Origin: the human T2T-CHM13v2.0 reference genome, Homo sapiens | NCBI RefSeq assembly: GCF_009914755.1 | Contig: NC_060948.1 | DNA length: 64,000 nt | Direction: 5' to 3' (one strand) | Part shown: one piece after another, positions 1 to 15,896 of the stretch | Layout: the number at the start of each line of letters is the position of its first letter | How positions within the stretch are numbered: position 1 is the stretch's first letter | Notes under the pieces: model-generated | What the model saw: the letters and a program-made list of their open reading frames with translations, nothing else | Database searches by the model: none | Told to the model about the DNA's origin: nothing | Position numbers and translations under genes: made by a program

Positions 1-329
1 CATGAAACGGAATGGAATGAATTGGAACGGAATGGACTCGAATGGAATGGAATGTCATGGAATGGCATCAAATGGAATGGCATCAAATGGAATGGAATCG
101 AATGTAATGGAATGGAATGCATTGGAATGGAATGTCCTCTAATGGAATGGATTCGAGTGGAATGGAATCGAATATAATGGAGTAGAATGAAATGGAATTG
201 AAAGGAATGGGATCGAATACAATGGAATATACTGGAATGTAATGTAATGAACTCGAATGTATTTGACTGGAATGGAATGTACATGAATGGAATGTAATCG
301 AATGGAAAGTAATCCAATGGAATAGAATC
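1..329 (+). repeat. HSat3 / DYZ1-type (GGAAT)n pentamer satellite, end of array
   Basis: Continuous diverged GGAAT pentamers (ggaat, cgaat, gtaat, ggcat, ggact) ending at ...aatagaatc. The 83..331 ORF of FHSI/IPF repeats is just the translated satellite. Confidence 0.95.
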
Positions 330-1079
330 ATATATGATATATAATATATGTATAATATTGTTTTACATCCTGCATCTTATGTTATATATATTGTATAAAA
401 TATAATAATTGATTATATATACTTTTATAACATAATTTACATAAAATATCATAATATAATATATATTATATTATTTCATATTACATAATATATATTACAT
501 ATCACCCAATATAAGTAACTTACATAATATTATAATATAGATTATATTATGTTATATTAAATATCATATATATTATGTATCATATATTCTATAATATATA
601 TTATACATTATATAATATGTATGTTGTCTATTATGTGATATATATAACTATACATATAATTATATTATTATACGTATAACTAGATAAACATGTAATTCTA
701 CATATTTTCATTTATAATATATAGAATTATATAATCATATATAATTATGTATATTCTATAAAAAATTATATCATTATATAAATTATAATATATAAAAATT
801 ATAATATGTACTACAAATATATATATTATATATCATATATGATATAGTACCTTTGTTATATATCATAATACATATAAATGTGTATTATGTTATCTATAAT
901 TATATAATTTCATATATAAGTTGTATAATATGTATTATATATTATATATGTTATGTAATATATATAGTATATATAAGATGACACAGGATAAATATTATAT
1001 ACTATGACATATAAAATATATGAGGTTATATGTTACATATAAGGCATAGCACATAACATGTAATATATATCATCTATAA
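330..1079. repeat. AT-rich segment of unit 1, internally deleted (~750 bp instead of ~1.56 kb)
   Basis: Colinear with unit 2, but jumps from ...ataataattga directly to ttatatatacttttataac at ~412. Confidence 0.85.
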
Positions 1080-1371
<292 letters not shown>

Positions 1372-1940
1372 AGATCCATATTTTTTAAATGAAAAAAAAT
1401 TTCAAAGGTACTCTGCTTGGTACAATAATCAAGTGCATAAACTGAGGAATAAAACATAACCATGAAACCTACTTATAACTGCATATGGAAAATACAGAGG
1501 ATAATTTTTTAAATAACATATTTTGAAAGACTTAACTAGTAATTTCAAGAGTTGGCATTTGAAAGGCCAGTATGAATATACCTTCAAAGCAGCAACACAG
1601 GTTCCCCATGAGAAAAAGCAAACTCAGGGAAAATAAAACCACTAAGGTTCAATGTCTTCTGACCTTTGAAAGACACAGCACAGACAGTGGCCCTAAGGAC
1701 GAAGAGCTGGAGACCCCTAATTCCGTCACCATGGCGATAGGGCATAAACATTGCTGGGTGAGGGCACAATCCACATTGTGAGGTCCAAGTGCTGCCAGGA
1801 AGACAGGAGTGCTTTTACATAGACCGAAAGGTCATTGAAGGCTCAGAGTTTTGTTTCAAGAACTGAATCCCAAGCCCACACGTTATTAGGCTGCACTTCT
1901 TAAAACAAGTTATGAGATGGGAAAAAGGGCACCCACAAAC
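1372..1940. repeat. HSATI-like non-Alu, higher-GC segment of the DYZ2 unit (exemplar; follows each of the 26 complete Alus)
   Basis: ~570-bp complex sequence from agatccatatttttt to ggcacccacaaac, repeated in every unit. The family name is assigned from the known tripartite DYZ2 structure, not from a search. Confidence 0.8.
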
Positions 1941-3498
1941 ATACGTATACATTATGTATATAATAATATACAGTATCATATATATAATATATATAACCTA
2001 TGTATAATATTGTTTTACATCCTGCATCTTATATTATATATATTGTTTAAAATATAATAATTGATAATATATAAGTTTTATATTTATACAATATGACATA
2101 TAGTATATATTATACTTTATGACATATATAATATATGTTATATATCATATATAGAATATATTATACGGTTAATATACGTATTAAATATAAATTATACATT
2201 ATATATATTATATATAATATATCTGTTACATATAATACCCATTATGCATAATATATATATTATGTCTATGTTATATATAGTATAAAACAACATATAATAA
2301 TATATAATTGTATATATAAAATGCGACATATAATATATATTATATTTTATGACATATGTAATATATATTATATATTATATATAATACGTTGTATGTATAA
2401 TACCTATAATAAATATATATTATATGACTATGTTATTAATTACATGTCACATGTGTTATATATAATATATTTTACATAGAATATACCGGTTACATACAAT
2501 ATATACTATGTTACCTATAATGTATAATTTATTACATGTAAAACAAAGAATGCAATATATTATGTATAATTTATAATGTACAATATGTGAAATGTGATAT
2601 ATATAACATATAATATATGATATATGATATACAGTATATGATATATACCATACAATATACGATACCTAATATATATGGTATACAATATATATTTTATGAT
2701 ATGTATTCTATATGTTTTATATTCTGTTATATATAACTATTTGAAATTATATATGACTGTATAATATTTTATGTAAATATGTAATATAATATATATAACT
2801 ATATAATATATTATATATAACTATATATTTTGTTATATATACTTTTATAACATAATTTACATAAAATATCATAATATAATATATATTATATTATTTCATA
2901 TTACATAATATATATTACATATCACCCAATATAAGTAACATACATAATATTACAATATAGATTATATTATGTTATATTAAATATCATATATATCATGTAT
3001 CATATATTCTATAATATATATTATACATTATATAATATGTATGTTGTCTATTATGTGATATATATAACTATATATATAATTATATTATCATACATATAAC
3101 TAGATAAACATGTAATTCTACACATTTTCATTTATAATATATAGAATTATATAATCATATATAATTATATATATTCTATAAAAATTATAGCTTTATATAA
3201 ATTATAATATATAAAAATTATAATATGTACTACAAATATATATATTGTATATCATATATGATATAGTACCTTTGTTATATATGATAATACTTATAAATGT
3301 GTATTATGTTATCTATAATTATATAATTTCATATATAAGATGTATAATATTTATTATATATTATATATGTTATGTAATATATATAGTATATATAAGATGA
3401 GACAGGATAAATATTATATACTATGACATATAAAATATATGAGGTTATATGTTACATATAAGGGATAGCACATAACATGTAATATATATCATCTATAA
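1941..3498. repeat. Full-length AT-rich low-complexity segment of the DYZ2 unit (exemplar; recurs in every unit)
   Basis: ~1.56 kb of degenerate TA/TAA/TAT sequence with fixed landmarks (catcctgcatc, ataccggtt, atcacccaat, gacacaggat). Confidence 0.9.
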
Positions 3499-3806
3499 TT
3501 TTTTTTTAGACAGAGTCTTGTCCTGTTGCACAGGGTGGAGTAAAATGGCGCCATCTTTGCTCACTGCAACATCTGCCTCACGGGTCCAAGCGATTGTCCT
3601 CCCTCAGCCTCCCAGGTAGCTGGGACTACACAAAACTGGGACTACACAACACTGGGACTACACCAGCTGCCACCATGCCTAGCTAATTTTTTGGATTATT
3701 AGTAGTGACAGCGTTTCACTGTATTGGCCAGGATGGTCTTGATCTCTTCACCTTGTGATCCCCTTGCCTTGGCCTCCAAATTTGCTGGGATTACAGGCCT
3801 GAGCCA
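3499..3806 (-). mobile_element. Alu, unit 2 (three copies of internal 16-mer)
   Basis: Same Alu as unit 1 with 16 extra bp. Confidence 0.92.
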
Positions 3807-5907
3807 AGATCCATATTTTTTAAATGAAAAAAAATTTCAAAGGTACTCTGCTTGGTACAATAATCAAATGTATAAACTGAGGAATAAAACATAACCATGA
3901 AACCTACTTATAACTGCATATGGAAAATACAGAGGATAATTTTTTAAATAACATATTTTGAAAGCCTTAACTAGTAATTTGAAGAGTTGGCATTTGACAG
4001 GCCAGTATGAATATACCTTCAAAGCAGCAACACAGGTTCCCCATGAGAAAAAGCAAACTCAGGGAAAATAAAACCACAAAGGTTCAATCTCTTCTGACCT
4101 TTGAAAGACACAGCACAGACAGTGGTCCTTAGGACGAAGAGCAGGAGACCCCTAATTCCGTCACCATGGCGATAGGGCATAAACACTGCTGGGTGAGGGC
4201 ACAATCCACATTGTGAGGTCCAACTGCTGCCAGGAAGACAGGAGTGCTTTTACATAGACCGAAAGGTCATTGAAGGCTCAGAGTTTTGTTTCAAGAACTG
4301 AATCCCAAGCCCACACGTTATTAGGCTGCGCTTCTTAAAACAAGTTATGAGATGGGAAAAAGGGCACCCACAGACATACGTATACATTATGTATATAATC
4401 ATATACAGTATCATATATATAATATATATAACCTATGTATAATATTGTTTTACATCCTGCATCTTATATTATATATATTGTGTAAAATATAATAATTGAT
4501 AATATATAAGTTTTATATTTATACAATATGACATATAGTATATATTATAATTTATGACATATATAATATATGTTATATATCATATATAGAATATATTATA
4601 CGGTTAATATACGTATTAAATATAAATTATACATTATATATATTATATATAATATATCTGCTATATATAATACCCATTATGCATAATATATATATTATGT
4701 CTATGTTATGTATAGTATAAAACAACATATAATAATATATAATTGTATATATAAAATGCGACATATAATATATATTATATTTTATGACATCTGTAATATA
4801 TATTATATATTATATATAATACGTTGTATGTATAATACCTATATTAAATATATATTATATGACTATGTTATTAATTACATGTCACATATGTTATATATTA
4901 TATATTTTACATAGAATATACCGGTTACATACAATATATACTATGTTACCTATAATGTATAGTTTATTACATGTAAAATAAAGAATGCAATATATTATGT
5001 GTAATTTATAATATACAATATGTGGAATGTGATATATATAACATATAATATATGATATATGATATACAGTATACGATATATAACATACAATATATGATAC
5101 CTAATATATATGGTATACAATATATATTTTATGATATGTATTCTATATGTTTTATATTCTGTTATATATAACTATTTAAAATTATATATGACTGTATAAT
5201 ATTTTATGTAAATATGTAATATAATATATATAACTATATAATATATTATATATAACTATATATTATGTTATATATACTTTCATAACTTTATTTACATAAA
5301 ATATCATAGTATAATATATATTATATTACTTCATATTACATAATATATATTACATATCACCCAATATAAGTAACATACATAATATTATAATATACATTAT
5401 ATTATGTTATATTAAATATCATATATATCATGTATCATATATTCTATAATATATATTACACATTATATAATATGCATGTTGTCTATTATGTGATATATAT
5501 AACTATATATATAATCATATTATTATACATATATCTAGATAAACATGTAATTCTACATATTTTCATTTATAATATATAGAATTACATAATCATATATAAT
5601 TATATTCTATAAAAAATTATATCATTATATAAATTATAATATATAAAAATTATAATATGTACTACAAATATATATATTATATATCATATATGATATAGTA
5701 CCTTTGTTATATATCATAATACATATAAATGTGTATTATGTTATCTATAATTATATAATTTCATATATAAGATGTATAATATTTATTATATATTATAAAT
5801 GTTATGTAATATATATAGTATATATAAGATGACACAGGATAAATATTATATACTATGACATATAAAATATATGAGGTTATATGTTACATATAAGGCATAG
5901 CACATAA

Positions 5908-6222
<315 letters not shown>

Positions 6223-8327
6223 AGATCCATATTTTGTAAATGAAAAAAAATTTCAAAGGTACTCTGCTTGGTACAATAATCAAATGTATAAACTGAGGAA
6301 TAAAACATAACCATGAAACCTACTTATAACTGCATATGGAAAATACGGAGGATAATTTTTTAAATAACATATTTTGAAAGCCTTAACTAGTAATTTGAAG
6401 AGTTGGCATTTGAAAGGCCAGTATGAATATACCTTCAAAGCAGCAACACAGGTTCCCCATGAGAAAAAGCAAACTCAGGGAAAATAAAACCACAAAGGTT
6501 CAATCTCTTCTGACCTTTGAAAGACACAGCACAGACAGTGGTCCTTAGGACGAAGAGCAGGAGACCCCTAATTCCGTCACCATGGCGATAGGGCATAAAC
6601 ACTGCTGGGTGAGGGCACAATCCACATTGTGAGGTCCAACTGCTGCCAGGAAGACAGGAGTGCTTTTACATAGACCGAAAGGTCATTGAAGGCTCAGAGT
6701 TTTGTTTCAAGAACTGAATCCCAAGCCCACACGTTATTAGGCTGCGCTTCTTAAAACAAGTTATGAGATGGGAAAAAGGGCACTAACAAACATACGTATA
6801 CATTATGTATATAATAATATACAGTATCATATATATAATATATATAACCTATGTATAATATTGTTTTACATCCTGCATCTTATATTATATATATTGTGTA
6901 AAATATAATAATTGATAATATATAAGTTTTATATTTATACAATATGACATATAGTATATATTATAATTTATGACATATATAATATATGTTATATATCATA
7001 TATAGAGTATATTATACGGTTAATATACGTATTAAATATAAATTATACATTATATATATTATATATAATATATCTGCTATATATAATACCCATTATGCAT
7101 AATATATATATTATGTCTATGTTATGTATAGTATAAAACAACATATAATAATATATAATTGTATATATAAAATGCGACATATAATATATATTATATTTTA
7201 TGACATCTGTAATATATATTATATATTATATATAATACGTTGTATGTATAATAGCTATATTAAATATATATTATATGACTATGTTATTAATTACATGTCA
7301 CATATGTTATATATTATATATTATACATAGAATATACCGGTTATATACAATATATACTATGTTACCTATAATGTATAATTTATTACATGTAAAATAAAGA
7401 ATGCAATATATTATGTGTAATTTATAATATACAATATGTGGAATGTGATATATATAACATATAATATATGATATATGATATACAGTATATGATATATAAC
7501 ATACAATATATGATACCTAATATATATGGTATACAATATATATTTTATGATATGTATTCTATATGTTTTATATTCTGTTATATATAACTGTTTGAAATTA
7601 TATATAACTGTATAATATTTTATGTAAATATGTAATATAATATATATAACTATATAATATATTATATATAACTATATATTATGTTATATATACTTTTATA
7701 ACTTTATTTACATAAAATATCATAGTATAATATATATTATATTACTTCATATTACATAATATATATTACATATCACCCAATATAAGTAACATACATAATA
7801 TTATAATATAGACTATATTATGTTATATTAAATATCATATATATCATGTATCATATATTCTATAATATGTATTATACATTATATAATATGCATGTTGTCT
7901 ATTATGTGATATATATAACTATATATATAATTATATTATTATACATATATCTAGATAAACATGTAATTCTACATATTTTCATTTATAATATATAGAATTA
8001 CATAATCATATATAATTATTTATATTCTATAAAAAATTATATCATTATATAAATTATAATATATAAAAATTATAATATGTACTACAAATATATATATTAT
8101 ATATCATATATGATATAGTACCTTTGTTATATATCATAATACATATAAATGTGTATTATGTTATCTATAATTATATAATTTCATATATAAGATGTATAAT
8201 ATTTATTATATATTATATATGTTATGTAATATATATAGTATATATAAGATGACACAGGATAAATATTATATACTATGACATATAAGATATATGAGGTTAT
8301 ATGTTACATATAAGGCATAGCACATAA

Positions 8328-8642
<315 letters not shown>

Positions 8643-10770
8643 AGATCCATATTTTTTAAATGAAAAAAAATTTCAAAGGTACTCTGCTTGGTACAATAAT
8701 CAAATGTATAAACTGAGGAATAAAACATAACCATGAAACCTACTTATAACTGCATATGGAAAATACAGAGGATAATTTTTTAAATAACATATTTTGAAAG
8801 CCTTAACTAGTAATTTGAAGAGTTGGCATTTGAAAGGCCAGTATGAATATACCTTCAAAGCAGCAACACAGGTTCCCCATGAGAAAAAGCAAACTCAGGG
8901 AAAATAAAACCACAAAGGTTCAATCTCTTCTGACCTTTGAAAGACACAGCACAGACAGTGGCCCTTAGGACGAAGAGCTGGAGACCCCTAATTCCGTCAC
9001 CATGGCGATAGGGCATAAACATTGCTGGGTGAGGGCACAATCCACATTGTGAGGTCCAACTGCTGCCAGGAAGACAGGAGTGCTTTTACATAGACCGAAA
9101 GGTCATTGAAGGCTCAGAGTTTTGTTTCAAGAACTGAATCCCAAGCCCACACGTTATTAGGCTGCACTTCTTAAAACAAGTTATGAGATGGGAAAAAGGG
9201 CACCCACAAACATACGTATACATTATGTATATAATAATATACAGTATCATATATATAATATATATAACCTATGTATAATATTGTTTTACATCCTGCATCT
9301 TATACTATATATATTGTATAAAATATAATAATTGATAATATATAAATTTTATATTTATACAATGTGACATATAGTATATATTATAATTTATGACATATAT
9401 AATATATGTTATATATCATATATAGAATATATTATACGGTTAATATACGTATTAAATATAAATTATACATTATATATATTATATATAATATATCTGTTAT
9501 ATATAATACCCATTATGCATAATATATATATTATGTCTATGTTATATATAGTATAAAACAACATATAATAATATATAATTGTATATATAAAATGCGACAT
9601 ATAATATATATTATATTTTATGACATATGTAATATATATTATATATTATATATATTACGTTGTATGTATAATACCTAAAATAAATATATATTATATGACT
9701 ATGGTATTAATTACATGTCACATGTGTTATATATTATATATTTTACATAGAATATACCGGTTACATACAATATATACTATGTTACCTATAATGTATAATT
9801 TATTACATGTAAAATAAAGAATGCAATATATTATGTATAATTTATAATATACAATATGTGGAATGTGATATATATAACATATAATATATGATATATGATA
9901 TACAGTATATGATATATAACATACAATATATGATACCTAACATATATGGTATACAATATATATTTTATGATATGTATTCTCTATGTTTTATATTCTGTTA
10001 TATATAACTATTTGAAATTATATATAACTGTGTAATATTTTACGTAAATATGTAATATAATATATATAACTATATAATATATTATATATAACTATATATT
10101 ATGTTATATATACTTTTATAACATAATTTACATAAAATATCATAGTATAATATATATTTTATTATTTCATATTACATAATATATATTACATATCACCCAA
10201 TATAAGTAACATACATAATATTATAATATAGATTATATTATGTTATATTAAATATCATATATATCATGTATCATATATTCTATAATATATATTATTCATT
10301 ATATAATATGTATGTTGTCTATTATGTGATATATATAACTATATATATAATTATATTATTATACATATAACTAGATAAACATGTAATTCTACATATTTTC
10401 ATTTATACTATATAGAATTATGTAATCATATATAATTATTTATATTCTATAAAAAATTATATCATTATATAAATTATAATATATAAAAATTATAATATGT
10501 ACTACAAATATATATATTATATATCATATATGATATAGTAACTTTGTTATATATCATAATACATATAAATGTGTATTATGTTATCTATAATTATATAATT
10601 TCATGTATGAGATGTATAATATGTGTTATATATTATATATGTTATGTAATATATATAGTATATATAAGATGACACAGGATAAATATTATATACTACGACA
10701 TATAAAATATATGAGGTTATATGTTACATATAAGGCATAGCACATAACATGTAATATATATCATCTATAA

Positions 10771-11062
<292 letters not shown>

Positions 11063-13188
11063 AGATCCATATTTTTTAAATGAAAAAAAATTTCAAAGGT
11101 ACTCTGCTTGGTACAATAATCAAATGTATAAACTGAGGAATAAAACATAACCATGAAACCTACTTATAACTGCATATGGAAAATACAGAGGATAATTTTT
11201 TAAATAACATATTTTGAAAGCCTTAACTAGTAATTTGAAGAGTTGGCATTTGAAAGGCCAGTATGAATATACCTTCAAAGCAGCAACACAGGTTCCCCAT
11301 GAGAAAAAGCAAACTCAGGGAAAATAAAACCACAAAGGTTCAATCTCTTCTGACCTTTGAAAGACACAGCACAGACAGTGGTCCTTAGGACGAAGAGCAG
11401 GAGACCCCTAATTCCGTCACCATGGCGATAGGGCATAAACACTGCTGGGTGAGGGCACAATCCACATTGTGAGGTCCAACTGCTGCCAGGAAGACAGGAG
11501 TGCTTTTACATAGACCGAAAGGTCATTGAAGGCTCAGAGTTTTGTTTCAAGAACTGAATCCCAAGCCCACACGTTATTAGGCTGCGCTTCTTAAAACAAG
11601 TTATGAGATGGGAAAAAGGGCACCCACAAACATACGTATACATTATGTATATAATAATATACAGTATCATATATATAATATATATAACCTATGTATAATA
11701 TTGTTTTACATCCTGCATCTTATATTATATATATTGTATAAAATATAATAATTGATAATATATAAGTTTTATATTTATACAATATGACATATAGTATATA
11801 TTATAATTTATGACATATATTATATAAGTTATATATCATATATAGAATATATTATACGGTTAATATACGTATTAAATATAAATTATACATTATATATATT
11901 ATATATAATATTTCTGTTATATATAATACCCATTATGCATAATATATATATTATGTGTATGTTATATATAGTATAAAACAACATATAATAATATATAATT
12001 GTATATATAAAATGCGACATATAATATATATTATATTTTATGACATATGTTATAAATATTATATATTATATATAATACGTTGTATGTATAATACCTATAT
12101 TAAATATATATTATATGACTATGTTATTAATTACATGTCACATATGTTATATATTATATATTTTACATAGAATATACCGGTTACATACAATATATACTAT
12201 GTTACCTATAATGTATAATATATTACATGTAAAATAAAGAATGCAATATATTATGTATAATTTATAATATACAATATGTGGAATGTGATATATATAACAT
12301 ATAATATATGATATATGATATACAGTATATGATATATAACATACAATATATGATACATAATATATATGGTATACAATATATATTTTATGATATGTATTCT
12401 ATATGTTTTATATTCTGTTATATATAACTATTTGAAATTATATATAACTGTATAATATTTTATGTAAATATGTAATATTATATATAACTATGTAATATAT
12501 TATATATAACTATATATTATGTTATATATACTTTTATAACATAATTTACATAAAATATCATAATATAATATATATTATATTATTTCATATTACATAATAT
12601 ATATTACATATCACCCAATATAAGTAACATACATAATATTATAATATAGATTATATTATGTTATATTAAATATCATATATATCATGTATCATATATTCTA
12701 TAATATATATTATACATTATATAATATGTATGTTGTCTATTATGTGGTATATATAACTATATATATAATTATATTATTATACATATAACTAGATAAACAT
12801 GTAATTCTACATATTTTCATTTATACTATATAGAATTATATAATCATATATAATTATTTATATTCTATAAAAAATTATATCATTATATAAATTATAATAT
12901 ATAAAAATTATAATATGTACTACAAATATATATATTATATATCATATATGATATAGTAACTTTGTTATATATCATAATACATATAAATGTGTATTATGTT
13001 ATCTATAATTATATAATTTCATGTATGAGATGTATAATATGTGTTATATATTATATATGTTATGTAATATATATAGTATATATAAGATGACACAGGATAA
13101 ATATTATATACTATGACATATAAAATATATGAGGTTATATGTTACATATAAGGCATAGCACATAACATGTAATATATATAATCTATAA

Positions 13189-13480
<292 letters not shown>

Positions 13481-15581
13481 AGATCCATATTTTTTAAATG
13501 AAAAAAAATTTCAAAGGTACTCTGCTTGGTACAATAATCAAATGTATAAACTGAGGAATAAAACATAACCATGAAACCTACTTATAACTGCATATGGAAA
13601 ATACAGAGGATAATTTTTTAAATAACATATTTTGAAAGCCTTAACTAGTAATTTGAAGAGTTGGCATTTGAAAGGCCAGTATGAATATACCTTCAAAGCA
13701 GCAACACAGGTTCCCCATGAGAAAAAGCAAACTCAGGGAAAATAAAACCACAAAGGTTCAATCTCTTCTGACCTTTGAAAGACACAGCACAGACAGTGGT
13801 CCTTAGGACGAAGAGCAGGAGACCCCTAATTCCGTCACCATGGCGATAGGGCATAAACACTGCTGGGTGAGGGCACAATCCACATTGTGAGGTCCAACTG
13901 CTGCCAGGAAGACAGGAGTGCTTTTACATAGACCGAAAGGTCATTGAAGGCTCAGAGTTTTGTTTCAAGAACTGAATCCCAAGCCCACACGTTATTAGGC
14001 TGCGCTTCTTAAAACAAGTTATGAGATGGGAAAAAGGGCACCCACAAACATACGTATACATTATGTATATAATCATATACAGTATCATATATATAATATA
14101 TATAACCTATGTATAATATTGTTTTACATCCTGCATCTTATATTATATATATTGTGTAAAATATAATAATTGATAATATATAAGTTTTATATTTATACAA
14201 TATGACATATAGTATATATTATAATTTATGACATATATAATATATGTTATATATCATATATAGAATATATTATACGGTTAATATACGTATTAAATATAAA
14301 TTATACATTATATATATTATATATAATATATCTGCTATATATAATACCCATTATGCATAATATATATATTATGTCTATGTTATGTATAGTATAAAACAAC
14401 ATATAATAATATATAATTGTATATATAAAATGCGACATATAATATATATTATATTTTATGACATCTGTAATATATATTATATATTATATATAATACGTTG
14501 TATGTATAATACCTATATTAAATATATATTATATGACTATGTTATTAATTACATGTCACATATGTTATATATTATATATTTTACATAGAATATACCGGTT
14601 ACATACAATATATACTATGTTACCTATAATGTATAATTTATTACATGTAAAATAAAGAATGCAATATATTATGTGTAATTTATAATATACAATATGTGGA
14701 ATGTGATATATATAACATATAATATATGATATATGATATACAGTATACGATATATAACATACAATATATGATACCTAATATATATGGTATACAATATATA
14801 TTTTATGATATGTATTCTATATGTTTTATATTCTGTTATATATAACTATTTGAAATTATATATAACTGTATAATATTTTATATAAATATGTAATATAATA
14901 TATATAACTATATAATATATTATATATAACTATATATTATGTTATATATACTTTCATAACTTTATTTACATAAAATATCATAGTATAATATATATTATAT
15001 TACTTCATATTACATAATATATATTACATATCACCCAATATAAGTAACATACATAATATTATAATATACATTATATTATGTTATATTAAATATCATATAT
15101 ATCATGTATCATATATTCTATAATATATATTACACTTTATATAATATGCATGTTGTCTATTATGTGATATATATAACTATATATATAATCATATTATTAT
15201 ACATATATCTAGATAAACATGTAATTCTACATATTTTCATTTATAATATATAGAATTACATAATCATATATAATTATATTCTATAAAAAATTATATCATT
15301 ATATAAATTATAATATATAAAAATTATAATATGTACTACAAATATATATATTATATATCATATATGATATAGTACCTTTGTTATATATCATAATACATAT
15401 AAATGTGTATTATGTTATCTATAATTATATAATTTCATATATAAGATGTATAATATTTATTATATATTATAAATGTTATGTAATATATATAGTATATATA
15501 AGATGACACAGGATAAATATTATATACTATGACATATAAAATATATGAGGTTATATGTTACATATAAGGCATAGCACATAA

Positions 15582-15896
<315 letters not shown>

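Noticed and set aside
83-331. 82-aa ORF
   Set aside because: It is a translation of (ATTCC)n satellite and not a gene.
1941-3498. TATA boxes and AATAAA polyadenylation signals
   Set aside because: They are expected by chance in extremely AT-rich DNA, and there is no associated transcription unit.
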